Assembly (NCBI RefSeq): GCF_964355755.1
Contig: NC_092672.1
Location: 20,969,237-21,033,236 of the forward strand
Source of the DNA: Antedon mediterranea
Lineage: Eukaryota > Animalia > Echinodermata
Direction: 5' to 3'
Length of the DNA stretch: 64,000 bases
A program made the position numbers and the translations under genes. The notes below the pieces were generated by a model. The model did no database searches, was not told the DNA's origin, and saw only the letters and a program-made list of their open reading frames with translations. Shown here one piece after another: positions 1 to 12,451 of this stretch; positions within the stretch are counted from its first letter, which is position 1; each line of letters starts with the position of its first letter.

Positions 1-2818
1 AAATAAAATACCAAAAAGTAATGAATTTATTATTTAAAGTATTTATTATTCTAATGCACAACAGAAATTAGTTTTGCTTATTATTAGTCTGTGAATATTT
101 TAGTTTCTTTTTAACAATAGTTAATTCTTGTTTATATTGTTTTAAAAGTATTTGTACTAAAAAATATTAGTTTAATATGTAGTATTTTTAATGATTTAAT
201 TAACACAGTAGGCTGTGAATCATTTTAGTTGTATGCCTAATTACTGTAATAATATCACAAATTGTTCAATATTATCTTATAGTTTAAAAAGTATACTAAA
301 ATTTAAGAAATTAAGACTCTTTGTACACATTTTGTACATCATTGATTTTTTATACCATTTCCACCGCATTTTCGTTCTTTGAAATACCCATGTTTATACT
401 GTTATATACATTAATATTTTTCTTTTTTTAGTAAGTGCCCTCTATATTTTGATATTTTCCAAAAATGTTATAGTGCATGCTATTAGTGTGGACATACTAT
501 CATAAAACCTCTCAATATTTCATTTGCTCAAGTTGAGATGTCATACTTTAATTCATCGTTCACATCAGCAGTTGGTTGAATGTAATGTTTAAATATTATC
601 TACTCAACAAAAATATGTTCCATTTGTATAATGTACAGTAAGCATTAATAAACTTTACATTATTTTTTCTTTGCGTATCTAAATACCCTATAAAGTATGA
701 ATACACATGTGGTTGATAACCATAATAAAATAAAATATAGATAAATTGGCCAGACAAATTGGTACGCATACTGGCCCACATCTTTCTGTTTCACTACATT
801 ATACTGGTACTGCCAGTAACTGCTGCTGCTAATAACTTGATCAATTCCAATAATTCAGACAACAATGAATATAAAAAAAAATTTCTTTTACCATAAAAAA
901 GACTTTCTGAGATAACAGTTTTAATTATTGTTCTTTCTTCATTAAATGATATTTTCTAAATTGATATTCTATTTAATAATTTAAGAAATAAAGATTTATT
1001 ATCAATTATTTTTGTTTAAAAATCAGTCGTAAACATTTTGTGTAACATAAATATAGTTTGAATTACTATAGACAATAGTACTATGCATATTCTGAGTGGC
1101 ATTACTCCCTAAGGTTGGAGTGACCCACTCATACCCACAAACATTTCAGTGAACAAAACATATATAATTTTCCATGAGCCTTCATCGTACAACAGCCGCC
1201 GACAAACGTACTCACTAATCAAACAATTGTCATCTACACACCCCATTCGGCAAAAATATTTGAACATTATTGATATACCTGATAGTATTATACTCGACCT
1301 CTACGTTGAAAGCTGCATAGATATCTCAAAAACTCTCTGTGTACATACCCAGTTTGAGTTTACAAATTACCATTTAGACTTTATTCCCAGACTTGTTTTG
1401 AGGTATCCACATGCCCAGTCCATGGAGGTAAAAAATAAGTTTTTTTTTACCTCCATTCCCTCTCCATGTTTCCAAATACACATTTTTCAGCCTGAGTAAA
1501 CTTGAAACATGTTTTCCGCCTTAGTAAACTATAAGCTTCCCCATGGTAAATGTTTCCCAAGACTTTCGTCCTTTTGAATAACTGCCTAAAGGTGTGGCGC
1601 GAAAATTATTGTTTACTTTTTGAAAATTAACTTTTTTATTTTTTTTATTTACTGAAGTATAAAAAATGATGATGGAATAAGCATATAATTATGGAAGATA
1701 AAGCACTTTATTTGTTTATTGGTATACTCCTGGTGAGCATGGTCTACTAGGAAAGTTTTAGCCACAGTGAATATTATTCACATCCTTTACACAATGTATC
1801 ATTCCACTGTTTGTCTTCAGTGTTCATCAAAATAATATATTAATATTTATTAGCTTGTTATAAAATCATTAGTTGTAGGATTTATATAGATACTTTTTAG
1901 TTCAATCTGTTTTAAATGTCGGTATATATACATGTGAATAAATAATGTTTATTTCTTGTTATAATTACTGTATAATGATTTATTTCAAGAGATTTATTTT
2001 TATTTGAATTAAAAAGAATAACAATTTTTATGAATTTGTTTTAATGTAAATTTTATTAATTATTAATTTTATTAAGTATATAATATAACAGAAATAATAA
2101 AGATCTTAAAATCTATTAAACTGTATGTTGTTGGTATTCAGGCATCAGCCAAACCTTTACCCATTTTAATTCTCTGACAGGTTTGAGCTATCCAGGGAGG
2201 TATAAAAATGATCACGGTGTTTCTAAAAACTGTCCATTTGATCTAACAACTTTAAAAATTAAAACAAATATGGTTAAAAAAGATGTCTACAATTAAATTG
2301 TCCATCTTTTTTTTATCAGATTAACTCAAGATTAACATTGTTACAATCAATATTTAGACTAATATGCTACACTTGCAAGAACTTGTACTAGCTAAACTCC
2401 ACCACCACACAATAGAGCAATGAACTATTCTTAACATAATGAAGTTAGTTAAACATGCCCCTGAAAGTAAAAGTTTGTATGCCAAACCTTCAGTAATTTA
2501 ATATTTAAAAAAATTTATATAAATAAAACTAAAATGTGATTGATAATTTTAATACCAGCAACAACATTTTGACATTAAAATTGAAATAATACAAAATTGT
2601 ATAAAAGTATATAACATAATTATCATATTAATAAAAAATTGTATACAAAAGTAGAAATAAAATTCAGAAAACTAATTTGACTTGGTTCATTGCGTATGAT
2701 GATGCAGTAAATAGTTGCAAATTGATTTTTGTAAAGTAACCCTCTGTATAAATTACATAACAAATGAATATGTGCAACTGTAAGATATAACCAATATTGT
2801 ATGTATTTCATATTATAG

Positions 2819-2916
2819 GATGGTTGGACAGCTTTGCATTATGCAGCAGTCTATGGAGAGACAGCTTGTTGCAGCCTGCTGGTGAATGAAGGAGCAGTTG
2901 TCAATCTATCAGCCAT
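2819..2916 (+). CDS. Isolated ankyrin-repeat exon (probably an upstream exon of the ROCO gene)
   Basis: Acceptor ttatag| and donor |gtaagt. Translates DGWTALHYAAVYGETACCSLLVNEGAVVNLSA, a clear ankyrin consensus (GxTALHxAA...G...LL..GA.VN). It is 98 nt, so it ends in phase 2 and does not join directly to the phase-0 exon at 15227. Confidence 0.7.
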
Positions 2917-3981
2917 GTAAGTCATCTTCATTATTATTCATTTTCATTTTTAAATATATAACATTTTATTTTTTAATTATAATGGTCTTTTGGGTAATAA
3001 TATGTAATGTATAAAACTTCATTGATGCTGAAATTGGCATAATTTGAAGATATTCAATATATTTTTTTTTCTCTGATATTTAATCATAAAAATTGCTATG
3101 ACACTACATTAACATTTTGTCATGTATTTCCATTGAACAATTAAAACAATGAAAATGATAGTGCCAATTTTACTTAACTAAACTACAGCAACATGCTATA
3201 TGCACAATTGAAATATATCATCCTTATTCCAAAGTGTTAGATACAGTAATTTAAACAGTTTTGTGAACACTACAACTTCACAAAATTTCAATTTTTCTTT
3301 AGATCATTATGATTTTGTATATCTTAAAAGTTCAGTTTTTAAGCAAAATGATTTAATAATTTCTGAAACACTATGATTCTACCTATATATCACATAGAGG
3401 TACAAATGATCAAAGATGCTAGTTGATAGACATATAGACTGTATTCATTTATTTTATAATTATCATCATACTCATTTGCCATACTCTCCTTTATTCCTTT
3501 CAACAACATCACCACCAACTCCAACCACCTCCTGGTTATAGTCACCACCACCAATCCCAAGAATGATGATGCAGAATTTGGTTGAGAGCTAAAGTGATCT
3601 GTTAATACACACCACAATTATAGTTCTTTGTTATTAGGTTGTAATTACTTTTTCCATATACAATATAAGATACAGATAGTATATCTGCCACATCTTTCTT
3701 TATACTCGGTATTAACAAACATAAATAAAACTGAAATAGCGGCACAAATATAATTTTGTAAGTTATTTACCGTACCTAGTTTTAAAAAAATCACCTTACA
3801 TAATAATTACAGTATCAAACCACCATTACAATGTCATACAAAATTTGTAAAAATAAACAAATCATCATTAGCATAACTAGGTGATAATTGATCCATTGTA
3901 ATATTTTTAGTCTATTAAAAAAAATGTTTATGTCTTAACATTTATTTAAATATACATACACACATAGTAAATTATAGTTAA

Positions 3982-5086
3982 AATGGACCTGAAATGGAAT
4001 TTCGATTTTCAAGAAATTCACACATGTTATTTAAATGTATCAAATTAACACAAACCCATACAAATAAAAACAAAATGTGTAGTATTTTGAGTAAAAACGA
4101 AATTTTAAGATACCATGGTAAATTAGCGAAAATTACTCACGCCATTGCAATATTCTATTTCAACGGCCGTCGGAAGCCTCTATATTCACGACGTCACATA
4201 GACACACGATGATATCGAGAGCGTGTATGCCGCCCGATAGTCAGTGAATGATCGACGGCCTGGAAAGATACGCGAAGCGTTGACACTAATACTAATTTAT
4301 TCAATATCTATTGTTGTTGAAATATAGGTCCCTAAAATGTACTTCGTTTGTTCTAAAACCCGAATTTAGAAGGCCTACCTCCCAAACCTTTACTAGGCCT
4401 AGGCCCCCAATCCAGTGCGCGGAGTCGATCCACCACACCCACATCATGCGGCGAGTCTCCGTTTATATCAACAACTTGCTGCGCTCATTGTCAAGCCAAA
4501 GTAAAATATGAATAAAATTCGTTTTCGAACTGCCTGATTCGGGACAAATAAATTATCATCTCATATTACTAATTTAATTCTGCTAAACTAAAAACTAAAG
4601 AAACTAACACATTTTAGCAGTATAAATTACGAACGATACAAAATACACGAACGGAAAATATGGATACGCATCATTGCGCACGGAGCTGTATCCCGGACAA
4701 CGTTGCCAGGCCAACTTCGGTATTGCCAGAAAAAAACCGTTGATTTTAAGATTTTAAATTGTCATTTACTCGATGAATAACCGTTTATACGGTAATAATT
4801 TTATCTAAAAAAATTCTAAATACGTTTCTGCAAATGCACAAGCATTTTTTAGAAAATACTCCATAGATTTCAAGAGTTATAGCCAAAAAACTGCAAATTG
4901 TCCATTGGAGGGATAGGAATATATTCGCAAAGTGACGTCACCCGCGAATTTTTTTGATTTTCAAATGGGGCTTTCCCCAAAAGGGCCAATTTATATTTTG
5001 TAACAATATATATTCTAGCAACACCTAATAGCCCCCAAAACATCGTTCTAAAATGAAAAAAATCGAAAATCCATTTCAGGTCCATT
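3982..5086. mobile_element. Non-autonomous DNA transposon with TTAA target-site duplication (Kolobok-type MITE)
   Basis: TIRs aatggacctgaaatggaatttcgatttt / aaaatcgaaaatccatttcaggtccatt (~28 bp, 1 mismatch), flanked by TTAA at 3978-3981 and 5087-5090. The RR...YY termini fit Kolobok rather than piggyBac (CC...GG). No transposase ORF. Confidence 0.8.
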
Positions 5087-7391
5087 TTAACAAAAAATAA
5101 AGGGAAATTGTTTAACACTAAACAACCTACATTAGAGGTGAAAAACAACTAAGAAACACAAGAAAGCTGAACTTAAACTTAAATGTTCTACACAACTGTA
5201 ACAAGTTCAGAGTGTATCCAACATTTAACATTATGACATATTTTAGACCACTGACAATGGTGATCACCAGTGCTTCGCAAAGTCTGCAGTTGCACTTTAT
5301 ATCATGTTTTATTCATTGATATTTATCTCCATCATCCAACTTTATCAAACAAAACTTTTTTGAGGATAAACAACAGTAGCTATATGTAAGGTTCAACTTT
5401 AATAATTTTTAAAAGTTTAACATTTTCTAACATTAATGTTAAAAGATTACTTTTAATTTCAATTTTCAGTACAAGCTATTTAACAATTTAAAAAAAATAT
5501 ATGCCAAGTTATTGTAGCATAACTTTATATTTTAATCAATGGATGTAAATGACTTTGCATTATATAAATGTATTACAATTGTTTATAAACTCTTAATTGT
5601 TGTAGATTCTATTTCAGTACAACCTTTTTTTAAAACTAATATTGACCTTGGTTCATCCTTGTTTCAGTTGGATATGGTCCTACCTTTTCAATAGAATTAC
5701 ATTCATGTTCACAGAGTAAATTAAGATTTATCTCTTTTAAAATTAAATTCAATAAAACTATATCCCATAACAATTTTCCTATGAATAAATAGATGGAATT
5801 ATTCTTAGTTTATTGATTTGATTCAGACCAATTTCATACACATTTAGCAATATTTTTTTTCATTTTTTAACTAATAATATGCATAGAAAATGTTTATTTT
5901 AGAACTACAATACCTCATTAAGTAATTCATTTATTTACTTTTTTATGGCTTTAACTAGTTGAATTCTCTCATGGTACCAATATAAAGTCTTAATCGGCAA
6001 TAAATTTCTATTGATCATACATTCTAATAATTTATGTTTCATATTTTTTTAAATTTTATTGTGTTACAATAAAGGAAAAATAAACGGTGTGGGAAAAAAC
6101 ATTATCAGATGACTAAATATATGTAATATAATATAACGTTTTAATATATTTCTGGTGTTTTTGTGCAATTTCAAATTTTTATTTTTGTGCTATAGTTTAG
6201 TAGTAAACTAAATTTATCTTCCCATTCCCTTTAAGACAGAATAGTCCAACTTCCCTTTCCCTGTAGTAGAGCACCGTATCAAGAATGTTAAATAAACAGA
6301 CAAGAGACATAAAATTGCTTGTCTACAGACACTTTATTGACAGTACACATATGGCTGAATGCACATAACAACATTACTATAAGCCCAACAACTGGGAAAC
6401 CTTTAACATGTGGCTTACCTTTCATCGGTCATGCTTTTTTTTTAAGGTAACACCAACCCATCGAATGCTATGCAGTCCAAATAGATACTTATTGTACCCA
6501 CATCTTCGTAAAATATCCTTAAATAGCACGGCAGCGTGAATAGGACATCTTTCTAGCATGTGCCTACTAGTTGATTTCACTGACTAAATAGTGCTAATGT
6601 GGTTCCATGCCTTCTACTCTCTATCAGCATGTATAAAGACCCAGGTATCTGTGTCCAACAATAATGTCCAACCACCAATAGTTTTGATAGTTCAGACACT
6701 GAATTATTTAATATTTTAAATAAACCAAAATAAATTTACACTATCTAGTATCTTTGTAAAAAATTTATAAAATATGCACTTGATGTTAATTTTCCTTTTA
6801 CCCAAACCTTGTATTATTTTAGATAAATACAGAATTTAATTTACAGTATTGTGGTACAAAACTATGAAACCAAGACCTTCTGTTTTTGAATTATTTCTTG
6901 TAGATGTTAAAACTTTGATTAGTTTTATAAACTACACCTTTTCACCTTCTGTCAATTATATAAGAATGTATTTATTCTGTTACTGACATTCAATGATTCA
7001 GGTTTCTCCTTCATCTAATGTTCAAGCAGTATTGTTATAATTTTTTTTTATTGAGAATTGTCCTATAATTTCACATATAAATTCATTATTCCCTCAGATT
7101 TGGAATCAAAATAAAATGTACAATGACTTAGGAATGTATTTAATAATTGCCTTGATTTAATGCACAACTATTAATTTAGATTGTATACTGGCTTTTTCTT
7201 TTAATTTATCCAAATGTACATATGAAAAACATAAGAACTCATTTTGAGGACTTGTGATGAGTTGAAAATCAAATAACAATATTATCAAGTTAAAGTTCAA
7301 TACACTTTTTTCTGTAATGGTCAAATGAATACAAAACAGAAAATATATTTAGGTTACATTTGTTTAAAAAGTAGCATGAAAATATATAAAA

Positions 7392-7988
7392 CTAGAGGGT
7401 ACTCCGAGAGTACAAACCTCCGCCTACTGTAAAATTCCCCTACATAAAATGCCCCCTGAATATTTTTTTTTTTACATTTTTTTTTATTAGTTCTAAGTGT
7501 AAATATGTTAACTTCACACTACAAAGTTGTGGATGACAGTGTGGTGTAATGGTTATGTATCCAGCCTCTCACAGTTGAGATCGCTGGTTCAAGTCCCACT
7601 GAGGGTTTTTTTTATTTTTTTTTTATTTTTTTTTTATTTTTTTTTTGTGGATCTTGATCTTTGACCCTGACCCTTCAAAATTTAACCACAATTATATGAT
7701 GTGTCATTGATCATTGTGGCTAAGTTTGGTGAGAATCGGATCAAAACTGTGGTCTCTAGGCAGTAAAATAGTTTTTTGTTAGTTGTGACCTTGACCTATG
7801 ACCTTTCCCCCTCAAATTCGAACTCGTCCGAGCTTTTTGGGCATAGATCATTGTGTCCAAATTTGGTTAGAATCGGATAAAAACTGTGGCCTCCAGGCTG
7901 TTCACAGACACACACACAAACACACAAACACACACACAAACACACAAACATACAGGGGTGAAAACATAACCTCCTTGGCGGAGGTAAT
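7392..7988 (-). mobile_element. Helentron-associated non-autonomous element (HINE/DINE-1-like)
   Basis: On the - strand: 5' end ttattacctccgccaaggaggttatgttttc, then a (TG/TGTT)n microsatellite. 3' end has subTIR ggcggaggt, hairpin gtactc-tcg-gagtac and terminal ctagt. Confidence 0.75.
7535..7608 (+). other. tRNA-derived (SINE-head-like) Pol III cassette inside the HINE
   Basis: A-box tggtgtaatgg, B-box ggttcaagtcc, followed by a long T-rich run. The acceptor stem is not intact, so this is not a functional tRNA. Confidence 0.6.
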
Positions 7989-8269
7989 AAAATACATGAA
8001 TAAAGGTAATGACCATTACAGGAACCAGAACTTAAAACTAATAAATAAATTCAAAAGAAATATAGACAATAGCGTATTATTTCATCAGAAAAGTAGTTGG
8101 ACAGATAATGATTTTTCAAATATCATTTAAAAGTTTTTACAATTAGAAACAATGATTAAATCAAGACTATTCCACTTATATTTGGGGTATCACTTGGTTT
8201 GTCAATTAAAAAATTTAATATATTTTTGTTAAATACTTAATTTTGTAGTTAAGCATCATTTGTTGGTTT

Positions 8270-10620
8270 ATAATTGCTAAACCTTCACTCTCGGATTAGA
8301 GAGGGCGTAATCACCAGCCCAAACAATTTTACAGTACTGTATAAGTAAAACATTTTATTTTAATTTCTTTAGAATACCAATATATTTAGATATTTGATTT
8401 GATAAAAATTGTTGGCAGCCAATAATCTAAAAGACCAAGGATTGATACTTCACTTTTTCTTTAAATTAATTTTCTATTAAAAAACATAACAATTGTTGTT
8501 TGTAAGTTTATATCTAATACAATTAGTTTTAGCTGTATTAATTAATAATTGGTTTGTAGTAAACCATTCACTAGCTTATTTAAATCTAAATTAAAAAATT
8601 TCAACAAGACATCAATATTGTTATTAAAATATAATAAAGTTGTATCATCTGCAAAAAAAGGGTTGTCTGGAAGATTTACTAATTATTAATTTGAAATAAT
8701 GATTTTCATCTGTAAAATAGCTTTTACACTAATCTAAGAAAGGCCCCAAAATACCATAACGAAACAACTTGAAAATATTATGGTTAACAACATCAACATT
8801 TTAGAAAATCTAGAAGTACTTCATAAAATTAATTGTTTTCAAATGCAGTATTAAGGGAATTAGTGAGTTCAAGAAAAGCATGACAAGTGGTATTGTATGC
8901 ATACATTTTTCATTATTTTTTGAAAAAAAATGGGTAAAATTAAGATTGGTATAAAAGTATCCGTTTTTAAATACAGGATTAACTTTTAATATGATTAGGA
9001 ACAGAACCCATCATGAATGATGGCTTATAATTAATGGCGCAACCTTTTTAAGAATCATGCCCTCAACCTTTACTAGAATATAAATTATTAATTATATTAA
9101 GCACTTCTGTTTCAGATATAAATGAGAGGCTATATGGGAGGTGGTAATTAAGAGATTAGGTCTTTGGTATTTTTAGGAATATAGAATTACAGGTAGTTCT
9201 ACACATTTTTGAAAAATAATCACTGAATTCTGGCTAGTTAAATTTGTATAATATTCATCATTCATGTATTTTTACTTTCTCTACCGGGATTAATTACAGA
9301 AATTTTTACTTCTCATTTTTTTTAAATGTTACATTTAATCTGATTGAATTTAGTTTTGTAGCATTTTTTTCATTTGAAGTGCAGCAGTAATGTTGCTATA
9401 CTTTTTATATCTTGAGATATCGGAACATTTATGAATTTATTTAAAGTTTATGCTTACGTTTACTAAATTTATTTAGGTGGAGTGGGTAGAGGGGTGTCAT
9501 CCATAGTTGTTTTAGTGTTGTTTTTTTCCTTGAACTGCAAAAAGTTTATAAAAAAAAATGTATCCAACATTAGAATTAACTGTACAGTTTAGACCAATCA
9601 GTTGCAAAATGCACCTATATCTCTAATTCAGTATGAATGTTCAGGAACGTCAACCTATTTTAAAGTTAATCATAATCAATTATTTTTTAAATAGGTAAAT
9701 GATCAGAGATGTCTGTAAAAATGTTGATAAATTGATAAGATGATACAAAATAATTATTAATTAGATTATGCTTATTAATTTGATTAAAACAATGTTGTAT
9801 TTTCTCACAATATTCCTAAATTTTCATGATTTAAATTTTGAAAACAATTAATTTATAATAACAGCAAAATGTTCTATGTTATTATATTTCAGTTGACTTA
9901 AATAAAGCCAATTATAAAATTCTTTTTTGTTTTATTGATTTATAAAAAGCTAATCAGATAGTTCTTTTGTCAATAATAAATCTGGTCATATTTTGTAATA
10001 AATAAAAACTGAAATAAAATGTTCATAACATATTTTATTAAATACATTATGCATATTACAAAGATGGTAGCCGGTAGATCATCTATCACATAAAAGTTTG
10101 TTGTCTTCAAATCATTGCCTTAGCTTTTCGAATCACAATGGATCTCTACAAATGATAATGTGTCTTGGGCATAGATCTTCACCTTAATTTTTCCAGTTTA
10201 GTATGCATTTTCAATCGAAATATTATTTAAGCCAAGATCAGTTTTAAATATGTTCTTTACAAGTTGCATTTGATCTTTTTCTTGATGTCACCAAATCTTA
10301 GAATTTCTTTCAACTGGTAGCAATTCAGCTTTCATGTAGAGTATCCTGTTTAGATTTAATGTTCACACATTCATGTCAAACTATCCGTTGTAGCTTTAAA
10401 TTTATCCTTAGTTTTATTTTGAAGTTCCATAACATTTCTGTTTAGCAATGATTGTTAGCCTTGCTTTAGTGATGATCTTTCCTTGTCAATCCTAGTATTT
10501 ATGTCAGCTGCTAAGCTACTGTACCCATGGCTTTAAATTTGCCGAATGATCAACTGTTGGGAATTAAATATTATGCAGAGCAACTATGTCTTCACTCAGA
10601 GATGTCCATAGCACTTCAAT
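8270..10620 (-). mobile_element. Decayed CR1/L2-group LINE (RT fragment ~8270-9300; ORF1 RRM/Tnp22-like fragment ~10060-10330)
   Basis: The - strand reads LDFSK..DVVNHNI...FRYGI.G, FADDT and EWFTTNQLLINTAKTN (RT motifs), and LVKNIFKTDLGLNNISIENA...PRHII...LKTTNFYVIDDLP (LINE ORF1 pattern). Many stops and frameshifts; boundaries are approximate. Confidence 0.65.
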
Positions 10621-12345
10621 TTTACTGTAAAGAAGAATTTGGGTTCTCTACACTAAGGTTATTCACATGACAGTATGTAGTGATATGTAAAAGGAATTTA
10701 ATAATTAATCATAATCAACAGAAATATAAAAATGTATTTAATTAATACAAATTGTTCAATATAAATTAAAGTATTTAATATTCATAGAGTATTATCACAA
10801 ATAGATAATCATTTCAATTTGTAGCATTCAAAATACAGTAGGAAGGTTAGTTTATAATTTTATAATTCTATTACTCGATGGGTAGACACCCCAAAAATTT
10901 ATTTTTTTTAACTCCATCTTTGGTATTGCATTCTTTGAAAATTACCTTTTTTTTTCAATGAGCTTGCCTGAATCTCCGACTGTCTGGTGTTTTCAATTCT
11001 CCTTCTCCTTTCTTTTTATTTGGATATAATATCATATTTTGTATCATCTTCTTCCCAACTTTTTTATTTTTTTCTGGGAGCCTAGGCGTAAAGTTTTTAA
11101 GCTTATGTAGGTTTCCTTCCACACATACTATGTTTTTTATTGGTTATCACAAGTGTTTATATAATTATTATTTTTATTATTCAATATTTATTGAATATTG
11201 AATAAACAAATCAAATCAAATAAAGGAAATCATAATATAATAATTTTGTGTATGCTAAATGCCTTAGTAAACAAATCACATGTTGTACAGTATACGAATA
11301 CCATTGGGCTACTGGTTTAAATTTTGGTTTATATCTAGTAGGACTAATAATACAATTAATGTGCATTACAAGAGTAAGCTAAGCTAGTGGCATGTTTTTG
11401 AAATTAAAATGACCATTTTAATTAACTGACAAATATAAATGAAAGTGAAATATTGTTTAATAGTGAGTATACGTGTATTCTTTAAATGTTATGATTTTCT
11501 AAAAACCAATAGAGTTAGCCGAGGCCTCTAGGCATAAAATACATAGCACACAATATTTTTGAATAGAATAAATAAATAAAATACTTTTTGTCTTTTTTTA
11601 ATTGGACAATTGGATTAATAAATACATTTATAGTTGTGACTACATTCAGGTGTCCTGTAAATAATTTCATTTTTTTTTCTGTTACTTATTCATTTTTTCA
11701 TTTATACTTCAAGTATGTCACTGTAGTAAAAGAATTGTCAGGAAATGATGTCATGCAACATGGAAATATTGCTGTTTCAGGACATGACAATATCATAACT
11801 CAGGTTTCAATAGGCATACAGCAAAGACTCTCCTAATATTAACCATGATTTGTATGGTTTCCTAATATCTGACAGTACTTATGTTGTTGCACCATCTGGT
11901 AAACAATCACAATCTGTATACTCAAATGTTTCTTTAATATTTTTGAGCTGGGTCTTTAGGCTTTTACAGTTTTTAATATTCTATTCATGTTTTTATTTTA
12001 ACCCTAAACTTGTAACTGTGATATTCATAAACTCCAACAGTGTATTTTTGTTATGTCACTAACAAACTTCCTTCTCATTTTTTAACCAAATTTCTAAAAT
12101 TTTCTTAACAAACTCAGAAATCCATTCATACAACACTAGGGCCTCACACGCCCTTCATCTTCCTTTAACTAAACTTTCTTTAATTCAACACAATGTCCGA
12201 TCTAATGATTTTTGTCGACCGCTTTTCGTCTCCTCTGCCCCATGGCTACTAAATTACAATAATTACCATTTATATCAATTATTGTCTTTATGCTTCCTGT
12301 TTGTTTTTTTTTGTGTGTGTTTTGTTCTGTCTTTTTGTTGTTCTT

Positions 12346-12451
12346 TTTAGTCGCGTGGACGCGACTCTATAGTTCACCATGTCGGTCTGTCGGTCTGTCT
12401 GTCGGTCCGGTATCACTATTTTAGAACGCGACTTATGGCTGTTGGCCTTGT
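12346..12451 (+). mobile_element. Miniature HINE/DINE-like element (~105 bp)
   Basis: 5' hairpin agtcgcgt-gg-acgcgact, (TCGG/TCTG)n microsatellite, 3' subTIR acgcgact, short hairpin ggct-gtt-ggcc, set in T-runs. Confidence 0.7.

Noticed and set aside
1149-1499. 116-aa ORF
   Set aside because: GTG start, no recognisable motif and no convincing splice sites linking it to the gene.
7535-7608. Possible genuine tRNA genes (also 20310-20388, 32186-32250, 61222-61293)
   Set aside because: A/B boxes are present but the acceptor and anticodon stems do not pair properly, and all lie within repeats. They are treated as tRNA-derived.
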